A stretch of DNA of 64,000 bases. Source: a virus. A program made the translations under genes and the position numbers. The DNA lies in IMG/VR virus record IMGVR_UViG_3300005826_000037, positions 49,645 to 113,644 of that record, one strand, 5' to 3'. Numbering within the stretch: position 1 is the stretch's first letter; the number at the start of each line of letters is the position of its first letter. A model generated the notes under the pieces. That model ran no database searches, was not told the origin of the DNA, and saw nothing but the letters and a program-made list of their open reading frames with translations. This document shows, piece by piece, positions 19,194 through 29,411 of this stretch.

Positions 19194-20045
19194 TCAGGCA
19201 CCATCATTAAAACCAATATCCATCATCCTTCTAATCTCTTTTGGATCAAAATTCAAAGAATTCTTAATTAGTAATTCTTTTGGTCTAACTATTCTAAATG
19301 AAATCTGTTTTTTGCCCGGCATATCCGCACCAGAATCAAGAGCTTTATTTATCATAAGAGCCATCTTTACATCATTAGCAATAATCTCATCAGACATTAA
19401 ATCAATAACTCTCATTGCTACATGAAGTGCATTTGGCTTTTCACTATTATCAATAACAGATGAATCAGGAGATGTCATAACAATATCAATCTCTGTTGCC
19501 CCAGCATCAATAGCTGCAGCTATAGGCGTTACAGTCTTTACTCCACCATCTGTCCATAATTCTCCATAAATTTCAATTGGAGTTAAAAATACAGGAAATG
19601 CTGACGAAGCAATTACACCTTCTGCAATCTCTGGGTGCTCTTCTGTAAATAAATGATATTTACCAGTATTTAATGATACTGCTCCAACTCTAAGCTTTCT
19701 TCCACTTGCTACTATTTTCTTGCAATCAAGCGTATTACGAACCATGTCCATCAAAGGTTTACTATTATACAAACTTGGTTTCCACAAACCAGCCAATTCT
19801 CTTACAATACACCAATGCTTATAAATCTTTGAATCATCTATTGTCCCCCATAAATTAAGAAGATCTGTATATGCCCTAATCTCTTCTCCAATTTTATATT
19901 GGGACAAAAAAGAAGTATTCAACGCTCCAACAGAAACTCCACAAAGAATATCATATTTAATTTGCTGCGCATATAACCAATTATAAAGCACTCCAACCTG
20001 ATATGCCCCTTTTACGCCGCCTCCGCTAAGTACAAGCGCTCTCAT
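19194..20045 (-). CDS. Patatin-like phospholipase
   Basis: LSGGGVKG oxyanion loop, GVSVG nucleophile, ASSAFP, DGG; ATGA-coupled to the upstream GIY-YIG gene. Confidence 0.92.
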   Translation of the reverse strand: MRALVLSGGGVKGAYQVGVLYNWLYAQQIKYDILCGVSVGALNTSFLSQYKIGEEIRAYTDLLNLWGTIDDSKIYKHWCIVRELAGLWKPSLYNSKPLMDMVRNTLDCKKIVASGRKLRVGAVSLNTGKYHLFTEEHPEIAEGVIASSAFPVFLTPIEIYGELWTDGGVKTVTPIAAAIDAGATEIDIVMTSPDSSVIDNSEKPNALHVAMRVIDLMSDEIIANDVKMALMINKALDSGADMPGKKQISFRIVRPKELLIKNSLNFDPKEIRRMMDIGFNDGA

Positions 20046-20809
20046 ACGTCCCTCCATGTTCTACCCGATAAAATATTATTAATAATAAGCGCTGTAACAT
20101 TAAATTTTTCAGCAAGCTCTTTTCTTGATAAATTATCAGGGTTTTCTTTTATATATTTGACTTCATCCAATTTTAATTTTGATAATTTTTCCTTATGTTC
20201 TAATGATAGTTTTCTGCCTTTTGTATATTGATTTCCTAAATTAGCTTTTTTAATTCCTTCTCTAGTATTAGTATGCATTTTTGTGCCACGAAAACACTCC
20301 GATAATTTCTTTTTAGTTTCTTCTGTATGATTTTTGCCATAAAAAGGATTACCTTCTCCAGAAAATTGTCTACTCAATTCTTCTTTCATTTTATTAATTG
20401 ATTCTTCCGTATGAGTTCTACCATAAAAAGGATTATTTTCTCCTTTGGTTGCATTAGATATTTTTTTTCTAGTTTCTTCGTTCATAACTGGGTGTTCACC
20501 ACCAGTAGTACAATTATAACCATTTGGAGATATACAATTAGCAGTTTTAATCCAATTACATTCTGCTTGATTTAAATCATCAATAGAAAAACATTCTTCA
20601 ACAACAGTAATTTCAAAATTTTCTATTCCATACTTTCTAATTGCTCTATGGAATGGCAATTTAGATCCGTTATTTGCCATATAAATATGGTCATTAATTC
20701 TATATTTTAATTTTTGTGTTGTTTGACCTATATAAATTTTATTAGAAATTTTACACTTAGCACAATAAATAACTCCATTTATCATTAATTCATTTTGAAT
20801 TTTCATCAT
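20042..20809 (-). mobile_element. GIY-YIG homing endonuclease with NUMOD3 repeats and C-terminal HTH
   Basis: GVIY..KIYIGQT; GENNPFYGRTHTEE and GEGNPFYGKNHTEE. Confidence 0.9.
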
Positions 20810-21993
20810 AAACTCTCATCAACACTAGTACAATAAAATGTAATTGTTAACATCTCACCATCAACACAAATATGATCGCCAGTTGTGACCCATAATTCCA
20901 TTCCATAAGTTGAATACAACTCTCTTGCTGTTGCATAATTAAATGGAATAGCCTGAACATTACTCTTCATTCCTCTGCATTTTCTTCTAAATTCTTTTAA
21001 CGGCAAAGATTTATCAGCCTCACTTGCACCAATTGCATTTACAGTTGGCAAAGCTCCACGAGCCTCTGTAATAATCTGAGAAACTCTGTGGTAATAATCT
21101 TCTTGTAACGGAATCTTTGTTAATGAAGGATATGGAGTAACATTCCATGTAGAATTTCTAAAAGTTAAATACATGCCAATATCAATAACAGTAGCCCAAT
21201 CTTCTTCACTTGGAACAGTTAATCCCCATGTATATCCATCCCATTGAACAACAGCACCATCATATCCCGTCCAATCACCAGTTGCAGAAGCTCCTACAAT
21301 ATATGCATCTCCCACATCAGGAGACACAGGAGGATCTGAATATGATGCAGAAAGAACATAACCTAAATCATTTGATCCTCTCATATACTGAGGAGCAAAT
21401 ACATCAACATAACCAACAACTATATATCCGAATCTAGTATTTAAAATACAATCCTGAGAAAAGTCAGACTCTGCATCTTCTATTCTTAAAGTCTTTCCAG
21501 GAGTTGGAACTAAATAAAATGTTGAATCTGTTGCATAATTAAAAGTTGCAGTGATTGTATTTCCTCTCATATCTGAGAAGAAATTAATCTCACCATTATC
21601 ATAGTCTATCCAATAATAACCATCAGTTGATTCAAATTTAAATGGAGGACAAACTGTCTGCTCAACACCATTTACTTTAACAATTACAGAATATCCATGA
21701 TCAGATTCATCAACCCATTTTTCTTGGTTGTGCATTCTTCCTGTAACCATATCAATCCAATCAATATGAGCAGAGTTAGTACTTTTCCATACATAACCAT
21801 CATAACCATCTTTAGCTTCTAATGCTTGGTCTTCTATTCTGGTAGAGCCTCCAAACCAAGTTGTTTTATCACAGAAATTATGACTACCAACAACTACTTC
21901 AGATCCAACACGAGGAAAATGTGCCATTTTAGGCACTCCATCTTCTTGGGTTACCTGTAAATTAATTACTGTTGGGGGAGAAATAAATCCCAT
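20806..21993 (-). CDS. Virion protein containing a DUF2793-like domain
   Basis: PPVSPDVGDAYIVGASATGDWTGYDGAVVQWDGYTW; 4 DGY. Confidence 0.6.
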   Translation of the reverse strand: MGFISPPTVINLQVTQEDGVPKMAHFPRVGSEVVVGSHNFCDKTTWFGGSTRIEDQALEAKDGYDGYVWKSTNSAHIDWIDMVTGRMHNQEKWVDESDHGYSVIVKVNGVEQTVCPPFKFESTDGYYWIDYDNGEINFFSDMRGNTITATFNYATDSTFYLVPTPGKTLRIEDAESDFSQDCILNTRFGYIVVGYVDVFAPQYMRGSNDLGYVLSASYSDPPVSPDVGDAYIVGASATGDWTGYDGAVVQWDGYTWGLTVPSEEDWATVIDIGMYLTFRNSTWNVTPYPSLTKIPLQEDYYHRVSQIITEARGALPTVNAIGASEADKSLPLKEFRRKCRGMKSNVQAIPFNYATARELYSTYGMELWVTTGDHICVDGEMLTITFYCTSVDESL

Positions 21994-22625
21994 TATGCTA
22001 CCTCTTGCCAGCCCCTAACTGCTACTTGAAAAAGATCAATTGATGATAAATCATCATTTACTGTCATTATTAATCTATCATCAACTGATTCCGGTAAAAC
22101 TATTGCTTGTTCGAATGAAAAATCAAAACTTAGAAAATCTTCTTGTGCACCTACAGCATTATATAAGTTAACATAATCATCAGAATAATTGAAAAAATCT
22201 CCAGTTCTAGTAATTGGTTCTGCAAATAAATTAGTAATAACACCACTTTGAATGGCTTGAAGAGTGATACCATTTGTCAATGCAGCACCACCAACTGTTG
22301 CTGTTCCAAACCTACGAAAATCTTGTGTTCCCATTTCAAAATAAGTGCCATTAAGAAGAACACGTATCATAACTATATATAAGACCTTTCCAGGCTCAGA
22401 TGATACAGAAAACTCGACTGGAGTAACAGATCCATTTACATTCATATCATGAGACCCACCACTGTCTTCAAGAAACCCTCTGAACAATTTATATCTGGTC
22501 AAGAATTCATCAGGAGTCTGAAATCCATTTCTATTCTGTTCAGTGACTAATAGAGCATGGTCTTCAGTTACCTGAGCTGAATAACCAGAACCAGTTCCAT
22601 CTTTTATGTGTACTTTGCCAGCCAT
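21993..22625 (-). CDS. Virion appendage protein (trio member 1)
   Basis: N-terminal IKDGTGSGYSAQV shared with the next two genes; beta-sandwich body. Confidence 0.55.
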   Translation of the reverse strand: MAGKVHIKDGTGSGYSAQVTEDHALLVTEQNRNGFQTPDEFLTRYKLFRGFLEDSGGSHDMNVNGSVTPVEFSVSSEPGKVLYIVMIRVLLNGTYFEMGTQDFRRFGTATVGGAALTNGITLQAIQSGVITNLFAEPITRTGDFFNYSDDYVNLYNAVGAQEDFLSFDFSFEQAIVLPESVDDRLIMTVNDDLSSIDLFQVAVRGWQEVA

Positions 22626-22638
22626 ATTATATTACCAA

Positions 22639-23229
22639 TTAATAGTTATCAGGGTTAATTGAATAAAACTTATCGTGCAAATATACTTTCATTGAAGTAT
22701 TCCCTGTCGGCGGAGTAATAGCAACAACATAAGAAGATCCATTTGGTACAACCCAATCAATATTTGATACTACTAATATTGATCCAGAATTAGCACCAAC
22801 ATCAATCATATCTAACCCTCCAGTTACAGTTGAGCCTTCCGCACCCTTTTTCCATGTTCCATTTGCAGTTAATGATGAGGCAAAGTTATTATTTACAGGA
22901 GTGATCGCTGTGCCCGCTGAAATTAATGTTCCACCTGTTGGGTTTCTTACAATTCTTATTCTCACTTGACCAGAACCACCAGTGCTTGGACCAAATGAAA
23001 AAACTTGCCTTGATAAAATCATATACTCTGCAGGATCAGCCCAATAGGCATATAATAATGCTGATTCATTTGCTGATGTAAGTGTAATTGCTGTTGTATT
23101 AATACCAAACTGATTATATAGTAATGCACCATCTAATTCTGCTGAAACAGCAATTGCTCTTGTATGAAGTTTATTATAAGTATCAACTTTAGCCTCATAA
23201 CCATTTCCTTTACCATCTTGAATTCTCAT
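22639..23229 (-). CDS. Virion appendage protein (trio member 2)
   Basis: N-terminal IQDGKGNGYEAKV. Confidence 0.55.
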   Translation of the reverse strand: MRIQDGKGNGYEAKVDTYNKLHTRAIAVSAELDGALLYNQFGINTTAITLTSANESALLYAYWADPAEYMILSRQVFSFGPSTGGSGQVRIRIVRNPTGGTLISAGTAITPVNNNFASSLTANGTWKKGAEGSTVTGGLDMIDVGANSGSILVVSNIDWVVPNGSSYVVAITPPTGNTSMKVYLHDKFYSINPDNY

Positions 23230-23235
23230 GCGCCC

Positions 23236-23832
23236 TCAGCTTTCTGGATGGTCAAACCAACCAGACATTAAAAATGAAAAATCCCCAACTTCTACTGATT
23301 TTACTGTAATCCCAATACTTTGTCCAAATGGAATAATAATCGTGCCATCTAAAATAACATCATTAAGACCCATACAAAAAAATTGAGAAAAGGCAAATAA
23401 CCCATTTGTGGCTACAGTAATCCCATTACCAACCCCATCCCAAATTTGGCATTCAGATGGAGATGTCAAAGATTTACCAAAATTAGTACTACTCGGAGTA
23501 ATATCAGTATAATTTGCCGTTGGAGGATATGTGCCAACATAAAAAGCACCTCTAATAGGCTTATTATAATTTGTAGAACCACCATTAAAAGATAACATTA
23601 ATCTGTGCACATGAAACTCTCTGCTGCTATCTGTATTTTTAAATCTAAATATCAGATATTCATTAGTTCCTGGCAATGTTTTATCATAAACACCGTAAGT
23701 AAAGGAATACCCAGTTGTATTAGCAACGTTTGCCAATGTACTAGAGTTAATACCTTTGGTCCATAACCTTTGATCTTCCACCCTGGCAACAGAACCAGTT
23801 CCTGCGCCGTCTTTTACTCTAAAATCACTCAT
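23236..23832 (-). CDS. Virion appendage protein (trio member 3)
   Basis: N-terminal VKDGAGTGSVARV. Confidence 0.55.
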   Translation of the reverse strand: MSDFRVKDGAGTGSVARVEDQRLWTKGINSSTLANVANTTGYSFTYGVYDKTLPGTNEYLIFRFKNTDSSREFHVHRLMLSFNGGSTNYNKPIRGAFYVGTYPPTANYTDITPSSTNFGKSLTSPSECQIWDGVGNGITVATNGLFAFSQFFCMGLNDVILDGTIIIPFGQSIGITVKSVEVGDFSFLMSGWFDHPES

Positions 23833-24874
23833 CTATATCTCCAGTATCAACATCAAATTCATTCATCTCAGCAAGATGCTTCTCAATTCGTTTTAAAACC
23901 AAAGTAATCTCATTTAATGTATTAACAGCCTCCGCATCACTAGTAAATAATCTAATATTATCAGTGCCTTCACGCTCTACATTAATACTCGCATCATCTG
24001 CTTTAGGTCCTTTGAGAACAATGTTAGTGTTATCCTCAATATTAACATTGATTGGAAGAGAAGTATAATTACCAGCAATCTGAACAACATTATGATTTAA
24101 TAATCTTATACTATCCATATACAAATAAGTGTTTGATGTTTGATTATCAAGATTCCTAATATCTATATATATATTAAGTGTATTATATACTTCTGGCATA
24201 TGTCTTTCATGAAGAGCAACTTTTTTACCATCAACAACGCAAGCAGCATACCCAAAACCCATCTCAATTCTTACTTTCAAATTTGATGATGTTCTCAATT
24301 TATTTGGTATTGAAAAATCAGTTGATTGCACAGTTCCAACAGCCCCAGTACAACTGGTTGAAAATGTTGCCAAATCAGTTGCTGGTGATGTGTACTCTAA
24401 ATAGGCAAAACCACCGTGCATATTGGTAAAGCCAACTCTTGTTGTTTGACTTGATTTTCTTCCAAAAATACGAAGCTCAAACTCCATTATTGTTGGTAAA
24501 GTATGTCCTGGATGAGTAAGTGTTGCATAACCATCTGAGCCGGTTCCAAGTATTATAATCAGATTTGATGCTGAAACTAATACTGAAGAACCATTTGTAT
24601 CAGTTGTCCAATCAGAACTTAACGCGCTATTAAAATCAAAATAATAAGAACCCTCGTCAGTAAATACTTGACTCCTTGTTGCAATACCACCATGTTCATC
24701 TATAAGAAAGGGAGATTTCTCTCCTGCAGAAACAATTGGATAATCTAGAGAAGGATCTGGAAAATGCCCTCCAATACCAATTCCCTTTGGATATACAGAT
24801 ATATGATAACCATCAATTAAAACTGGATTACCATATCCATCATATAATATCACAGCAGGGCTATCATAACTCAT
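23825..24874 (-). CDS. Virion protein with lectin/ConA-like beta domain and C-terminal short coiled coil
   Basis: Beta-rich; C-terminal LNEITLVLKRIEKHLAEM; 3 DGY. Confidence 0.5.
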   Translation of the reverse strand: MSYDSPAVILYDGYGNPVLIDGYHISVYPKGIGIGGHFPDPSLDYPIVSAGEKSPFLIDEHGGIATRSQVFTDEGSYYFDFNSALSSDWTTDTNGSSVLVSASNLIIILGTGSDGYATLTHPGHTLPTIMEFELRIFGRKSSQTTRVGFTNMHGGFAYLEYTSPATDLATFSTSCTGAVGTVQSTDFSIPNKLRTSSNLKVRIEMGFGYAACVVDGKKVALHERHMPEVYNTLNIYIDIRNLDNQTSNTYLYMDSIRLLNHNVVQIAGNYTSLPINVNIEDNTNIVLKGPKADDASINVEREGTDNIRLFTSDAEAVNTLNEITLVLKRIEKHLAEMNEFDVDTGDIDE

Positions 24875-25617
24875 GCAATCGTCCTCGTTCTATTCACTTC
24901 AAAAACTCCATTATATGCAATAGTATCCGTTACAGTAGCCAATAAAACATCAGAGGCATCATATATCTTCCATGTTACTGTAGCAGGTGTTTTATTACTA
25001 TTATATGTATAAGTCTTCTCAACAATTTTATTTGTCTTTGCAATGCTTGTATACCAAATAACTGAAGTGGGAAATGGATCTGCTTCTGGTAAAACTTCTT
25101 TATAAGCTCCAGATGCAAACCCACTTGCAGGACCTTCATTGATAAAATGAATAAGTTGCCTTAAAGCAGTATGCTGATTTTCAGAAATAGAATTTATAGA
25201 TATTTCTACAATTGCATCTTGTACATTATGAGAAGATATTTTTGATAAACCTGTTGGATCAAATCCTATTTTACTAGAACCAACAGGATGCATAAAATAT
25301 ATGTAACCATCTGTTGAGTCATTAATATATCCATCAATAGATAATGTAAGATTAGTTAATATTTCATCTACAATATAATAACCATCAGCACTTCCACCGC
25401 TAGTTCCAGTAAGATAAATTCTATCTCCAGACTCTACTGCATTATCTCTACCATATAAAATGCCCTCATTATCTGGGGGCATATTTATTTCAACAACTGA
25501 AGTAGAACTAGTGGTGGATACCAAAGTAGAAGATAAATATACGTAATACCCGTCAGAAGCAAGTTCTTCGGAGTCAATAATGTCTAAATCACGTATATCC
25601 TCTTTTCTAATTGTCAT
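24871..25617 (-). CDS. Virion structural protein
   Basis: GDRIYLTG..DGYYIV beta module; 4 DGY. Confidence 0.55.
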   Translation of the reverse strand: MTIRKEDIRDLDIIDSEELASDGYYVYLSSTLVSTTSSTSVVEINMPPDNEGILYGRDNAVESGDRIYLTGTSGGSADGYYIVDEILTNLTLSIDGYINDSTDGYIYFMHPVGSSKIGFDPTGLSKISSHNVQDAIVEISINSISENQHTALRQLIHFINEGPASGFASGAYKEVLPEADPFPTSVIWYTSIAKTNKIVEKTYTYNSNKTPATVTWKIYDASDVLLATVTDTIAYNGVFEVNRTRTIA

Positions 25618-26093
25618 GTCGCTTTTTTGCCTCTTCTATTTCTTCTCGTTTTTGGCTCTGGCTCTGGTTCTACCTCAGATTCAGACTCTTCCTCTTCTAG
25701 CTCTTCTGGTTCTTCAACATCACCATTTTCTTTATCAATTTGTTCTTGCTTCTTTCTTAAAGCCTCAGCATATTCTTCCTTATTCTTTTGTTCTTCAGCT
25801 CTAAGCATTTCTTCTCTTTTTGCTCTTTCCTCTTGTAGAATATATGAATTTAGTACATTATATACTATACTACCCATGGCTGAATATGCTGATGCTTGAC
25901 CATCAGCAACTGCAGCCTGCTTTCTAAAAGATTCTGCTTGCGCTGCACAAACTTGTCTTTGTCTCTCAGACTCATTCAAGATTTGTAGCAATGTGGCTTC
26001 GTAGAAAGATTTTAAATTAACATCTACTACTCCTGCAGTAACTGCATCTAATACTCTTTTTCTTAACTTAATAATATCATCAGCGTGACTCAT
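25614..26093 (-). CDS. Coiled-coil protein with acidic then basic tail
   Basis: 159 aa, helical, E-rich then RRNRRGKK. Confidence 0.65.
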   Translation of the reverse strand: MSHADDIIKLRKRVLDAVTAGVVDVNLKSFYEATLLQILNESERQRQVCAAQAESFRKQAAVADGQASAYSAMGSIVYNVLNSYILQEERAKREEMLRAEEQKNKEEYAEALRKKQEQIDKENGDVEEPEELEEEESESEVEPEPEPKTRRNRRGKKAT

Positions 26094-26317
26094 AATTGTT
26101 CCTTTTTCTTATTCTGTCTTGCAACATACCCAGCTATACATAGGCAAATTTCACAATAAATTCCATTTATCCCATTACCGGAAACCAAAAAAAACCTAGT
26201 AGGTTCTTCTGGTCCTTCCTCCTGAATTTTAAATGTTTCAGGAGGAATGTGACCAGATGCGCAGATCCTACTAGGATTTTCTACTTGCTTAACTGTTAAA
26301 TCAGGTTTATCTATCAT
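26090..26317 (-). CDS. Small putative Zn-binding protein
   Basis: CxxxH..CxxC. Confidence 0.5.
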   Translation of the reverse strand: MIDKPDLTVKQVENPSRICASGHIPPETFKIQEEGPEEPTRFFLVSGNGINGIYCEICLCIAGYVARQNKKKEQL

Positions 26318-26334
26318 ACATTATCATATATCAA

Positions 26335-27822
26335 TCATGCATAAATCATGTAATTGATATGATCACCTGCCTTGACTTTATAATAGAAAGTTACCTGAGT
26401 TGTTGAGGTTTCTGCATAATCATTTCCATCAACAATTGGTCCTGGGTCTCTCAAAACACCTCTTGTAAACAAAACAAGATATTGACCGTTATTAGTTCCG
26501 TCAAGTGTGTATGTATTTGCTCCTGGAAGAGTGTGAGCTACGCCTGCATCAATATCAACAGTTACTCTTTCAATAACTCTTGTCATAGAAGCTGTTCCCA
26601 ATGCATCAGCCAACTCTTGCAAAGATTGTGTAATGGTGTATCCATCAGTCAAGATAGAGCCGGTGTAGTTTCTATCACCAATCTGCTCATTCAAGGTATT
26701 AAGAGCTTCAACAACACTTGGGGTTGCATCTGGAAGATTATTAAATGGATAATAAATACCAGTATTAGTCAAAAGACCTGCAAGACTAGTATCTCCATCG
26801 GATGTTCCAATTGTATCCAAGATATCACTAATATCTTGTTTCATTCCAGAATCACCAATGATACCATTGGTTAATGTAGTTCTGAAGTCAGTTTCATTGA
26901 TTTGGTCTACTCTTGTACGATAACCGTAATACAAATCAACTGTTGTTGGTTGGTATCCATCCCATGTATATGCTACGGAAGAGCTTAATGCATCGCCAAA
27001 TGGAACTGCTCTAAACTCAATTTCAACAGAGTTTGGTGATACACCTGTTGTTCCTGCACGAGTAAGACCGAAGATTCTGTAACCATCAGTAGAGCCACCA
27101 ACAGCAACTAATGCAGCCTCAGTTAATGGGTTGATGATTTCAACATAACATGCATCATAATTTCCAGCGTCTGCACCATCAGTGATTGGAACACCAGTTG
27201 TGTCTGTCGCATCAGCATGCTTCAAATTACCTGTATCAGTAATTGTTGTATAGCCATCGCCTTGACTGACTGCATCATCAGTGAACAATCTATTCATAAC
27301 CCATGCGTGGGCATCCATTGTCTTACTTGCAATGTTAGAAAGATTTGCAGGGACGTTTGTTCCAACAGCAGTTGGTCTTTGATAAGTTGGGATTGCTGCA
27401 GAATAAGCAACACCCTTGATTGCAGCACGGTCTGTACGCTCAAAATTAAGGTCGTCTTCCAAACTATATGGATATCTCTCTATCCAAGTTACATATCCAT
27501 CATTTGCAACAGCAGAAGCATTAGAGATATCAACAGATGTTGCTGAATTGTAAGTGATAATTAGGAAGGTTCCGTTATTTCCACCCTGAGAAGCTCCGGA
27601 AATGGAAAGGAAATTTCCAATAGAACTGACAGTCATTCCTGTCAATCCAGTAAGTGTTGCTACACCAGCAACAACAGAACCAATGTAACCATCAGTTCCA
27701 GTTTGACCACTAAGCGCAGAACCTAGACTATTAGGCTCGTCCGCTAAAGTCATTGAAGCATTCTTAGTTAGTGAACCAGCAATATCAAGAGCTTGGTCCA
27801 ACGCATTTTCTCTAGATGTCAT
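26335..27822 (-). CDS. Probable abundant virion structural protein (495 aa)
   Basis: Thr/Gly/Ala-rich; strong AGGAG RBS and structured leader; 6 DGY. Confidence 0.65.
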   Translation of the reverse strand: MTSRENALDQALDIAGSLTKNASMTLADEPNSLGSALSGQTGTDGYIGSVVAGVATLTGLTGMTVSSIGNFLSISGASQGGNNGTFLIITYNSATSVDISNASAVANDGYVTWIERYPYSLEDDLNFERTDRAAIKGVAYSAAIPTYQRPTAVGTNVPANLSNIASKTMDAHAWVMNRLFTDDAVSQGDGYTTITDTGNLKHADATDTTGVPITDGADAGNYDACYVEIINPLTEAALVAVGGSTDGYRIFGLTRAGTTGVSPNSVEIEFRAVPFGDALSSSVAYTWDGYQPTTVDLYYGYRTRVDQINETDFRTTLTNGIIGDSGMKQDISDILDTIGTSDGDTSLAGLLTNTGIYYPFNNLPDATPSVVEALNTLNEQIGDRNYTGSILTDGYTITQSLQELADALGTASMTRVIERVTVDIDAGVAHTLPGANTYTLDGTNNGQYLVLFTRGVLRDPGPIVDGNDYAETSTTQVTFYYKVKAGDHINYMIYA

Positions 27823-27843
27823 TTTTACTCCTATGTAAATAAG

Positions 27844-27892
27844 CCAGTAATAAATTACCAGATTTCTCTTGCGCCCTTATAGTTACTGGTTA
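27844..27892 (-). promoter_or_regulatory. 5' UTR hairpin CUGGUAA..ACUGG upstream of the RBS of 26335-27822, with an alternative upstream pairing partner (AACCAGUAA)
   Basis: Same motif and same 10-nt spacing to AGGAG as in the capsid leader. Confidence 0.5.
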
Positions 27893-27952
27893 TAGTTTGT
27901 TTAAACTTAATTGGCTCTGTTCTGTATATCTAAATATTACATATTTAAGTTC

Positions 27953-28576
27953 TTATATTGACGGATTTTCTACAACATAATTAGAATACATTTTGCTTTT
28001 ATGTCTTGGAGCAAATGAAACAAGAATAATTGTATCATAACCAGTACCTACACCACCAGACTCAGATACTATATAATCATCAGTTTCTATTAATTCTCTT
28101 CCATTATGGAATACTTGTATCTTAAAAGTATTACCATGAAATACTCCATTTATAAACTTATCAGGTGATGGTATTTTAAATATCCTATTAGAACCATTTA
28201 TAGCCCCAATAAGCTTAACATTCTGTTTCAAAAGAAATGGTATCTCTGATACCACCCCAGTCACTTCAAGACCCTTTATAATTCCAGCATCTTGAAGGAA
28301 TTTCTTTTGATCATCATTAAATTGTAAAAGATCAATATCACTACATTCTACAACAATATCTCCTGCTAAAATCTTATGCCTTAATTCTCCCTTTAGGAGA
28401 GAAGCCCTGATATCCTGTTCTGCAACTCCAGGTATCTGCAAAATATCTCTTGTCCGATTAAACGGTATTGGATAATTAAATATCTTTATCGTTTTTCTAC
28501 GATCATTAGTTATATTACGTACAATAAAACACCCATATTTCTTCAGATAAGGGGCAAATTCGTCCATTGTAGACAT
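27953..28576 (-). CDS. Virion-associated protein
   Basis: C-terminal GAINGSNRIF..VFHNG..DDY..FAP module common in tail/baseplate proteins; AGGAG RBS. Confidence 0.55.
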   Translation of the reverse strand: MSTMDEFAPYLKKYGCFIVRNITNDRRKTIKIFNYPIPFNRTRDILQIPGVAEQDIRASLLKGELRHKILAGDIVVECSDIDLLQFNDDQKKFLQDAGIIKGLEVTGVVSEIPFLLKQNVKLIGAINGSNRIFKIPSPDKFINGVFHGNTFKIQVFHNGRELIETDDYIVSESGGVGTGYDTIILVSFAPRHKSKMYSNYVVENPSI

Positions 28577-28579
28577 GGC

Positions 28580-29290
28580 TTACTCCTTTCTGTCTTTAAT
28601 ACTATCTCTAATGGTTATTGTTATCGTCCTTTCAACTTCTGGATTGTCTTGAGTTGCTTTAACACCACCAAATAATTTTTCCATCAATGTATCATATGAT
28701 TGATTTGCAATATCACTCTTAGAGATCTCAATGGCTTTATTTACATCTTTTCTAGTAAGATCTTCGTCCTTACCCAAAATAATATTGGTAAGATTAGATT
28801 CTGCCATTTTTGAAAGTTCACCTAGACTCAATCTATATCTCATATGCAATAGTTCTTCAATATAATCAAGGCTTCCAACTCCTGGTTGGGCATTGGTATA
28901 ATCTCCATCATTAATTCCAGTTCTTAATCCACTGTTTAATGTATTCAACAAAACTCTAGCATAACTATCTTGCCATTCTGGCTCTTTACCATATTTGGCT
29001 TTAAGGTTATCTAAAACATCTTTTAGTTTGGCTAGGTTTTTTAGTTTTTCAGATATAGCCTCGGAAATAAAAGCCTCACTACGGCTATAATTTTGCAAAC
29101 CTCTTCTTGGATTATACTCAGTTTCTTGATCAATCCTACGAGTATCAAATGCAATTTTTGTTAAGCCATTATCAGATAATAATGAATCGAGACCCTGCTT
29201 TCTTAATGACAACGCCTTCCTTCTAGCACTTCTATCTTTGGTGCCTTCGGTTATTAATTTAAACAGTTCTGTAGCAGTTTCTATTTTCAT
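28580..29290 (-). CDS. Hypothetical helical protein (contains LTKIAF, a KxA site)
   Basis: 236-aa ORF. Confidence 0.6.
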   Translation of the reverse strand: MKIETATELFKLITEGTKDRSARRKALSLRKQGLDSLLSDNGLTKIAFDTRRIDQETEYNPRRGLQNYSRSEAFISEAISEKLKNLAKLKDVLDNLKAKYGKEPEWQDSYARVLLNTLNSGLRTGINDGDYTNAQPGVGSLDYIEELLHMRYRLSLGELSKMAESNLTNIILGKDEDLTRKDVNKAIEISKSDIANQSYDTLMEKLFGGVKATQDNPEVERTITITIRDSIKDRKE

Positions 29291-29360
29291 ATGGACGCTT
29301 TCAGGAGATTAACACATTATTATGCCTCATTATTATCTTATCTAAATATTGATACGACAC

Positions 29361-29388
29361 TTGACACCCTTTTTTAAAGATTTACGCT
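29361..29388 (+). promoter_or_regulatory. Sigma70-like promoter for the CCA-adding enzyme gene
   Basis: TTGACA-16 bp-TACGCT upstream of GAGGT RBS and ATG at 29412. Confidence 0.4.
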
Positions 29389-29411
29389 ATGCGCAAAGGC
29401 GAGGTATTTCT

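Noticed and set aside
9589-27822. DGY as part of DxDxDG Ca-binding (EF-hand/FG-GAP) repeats
   Set aside because: The upstream DxDx/DxNx pattern and downstream D/E ligand are missing at nearly all sites, and the spacing is irregular.
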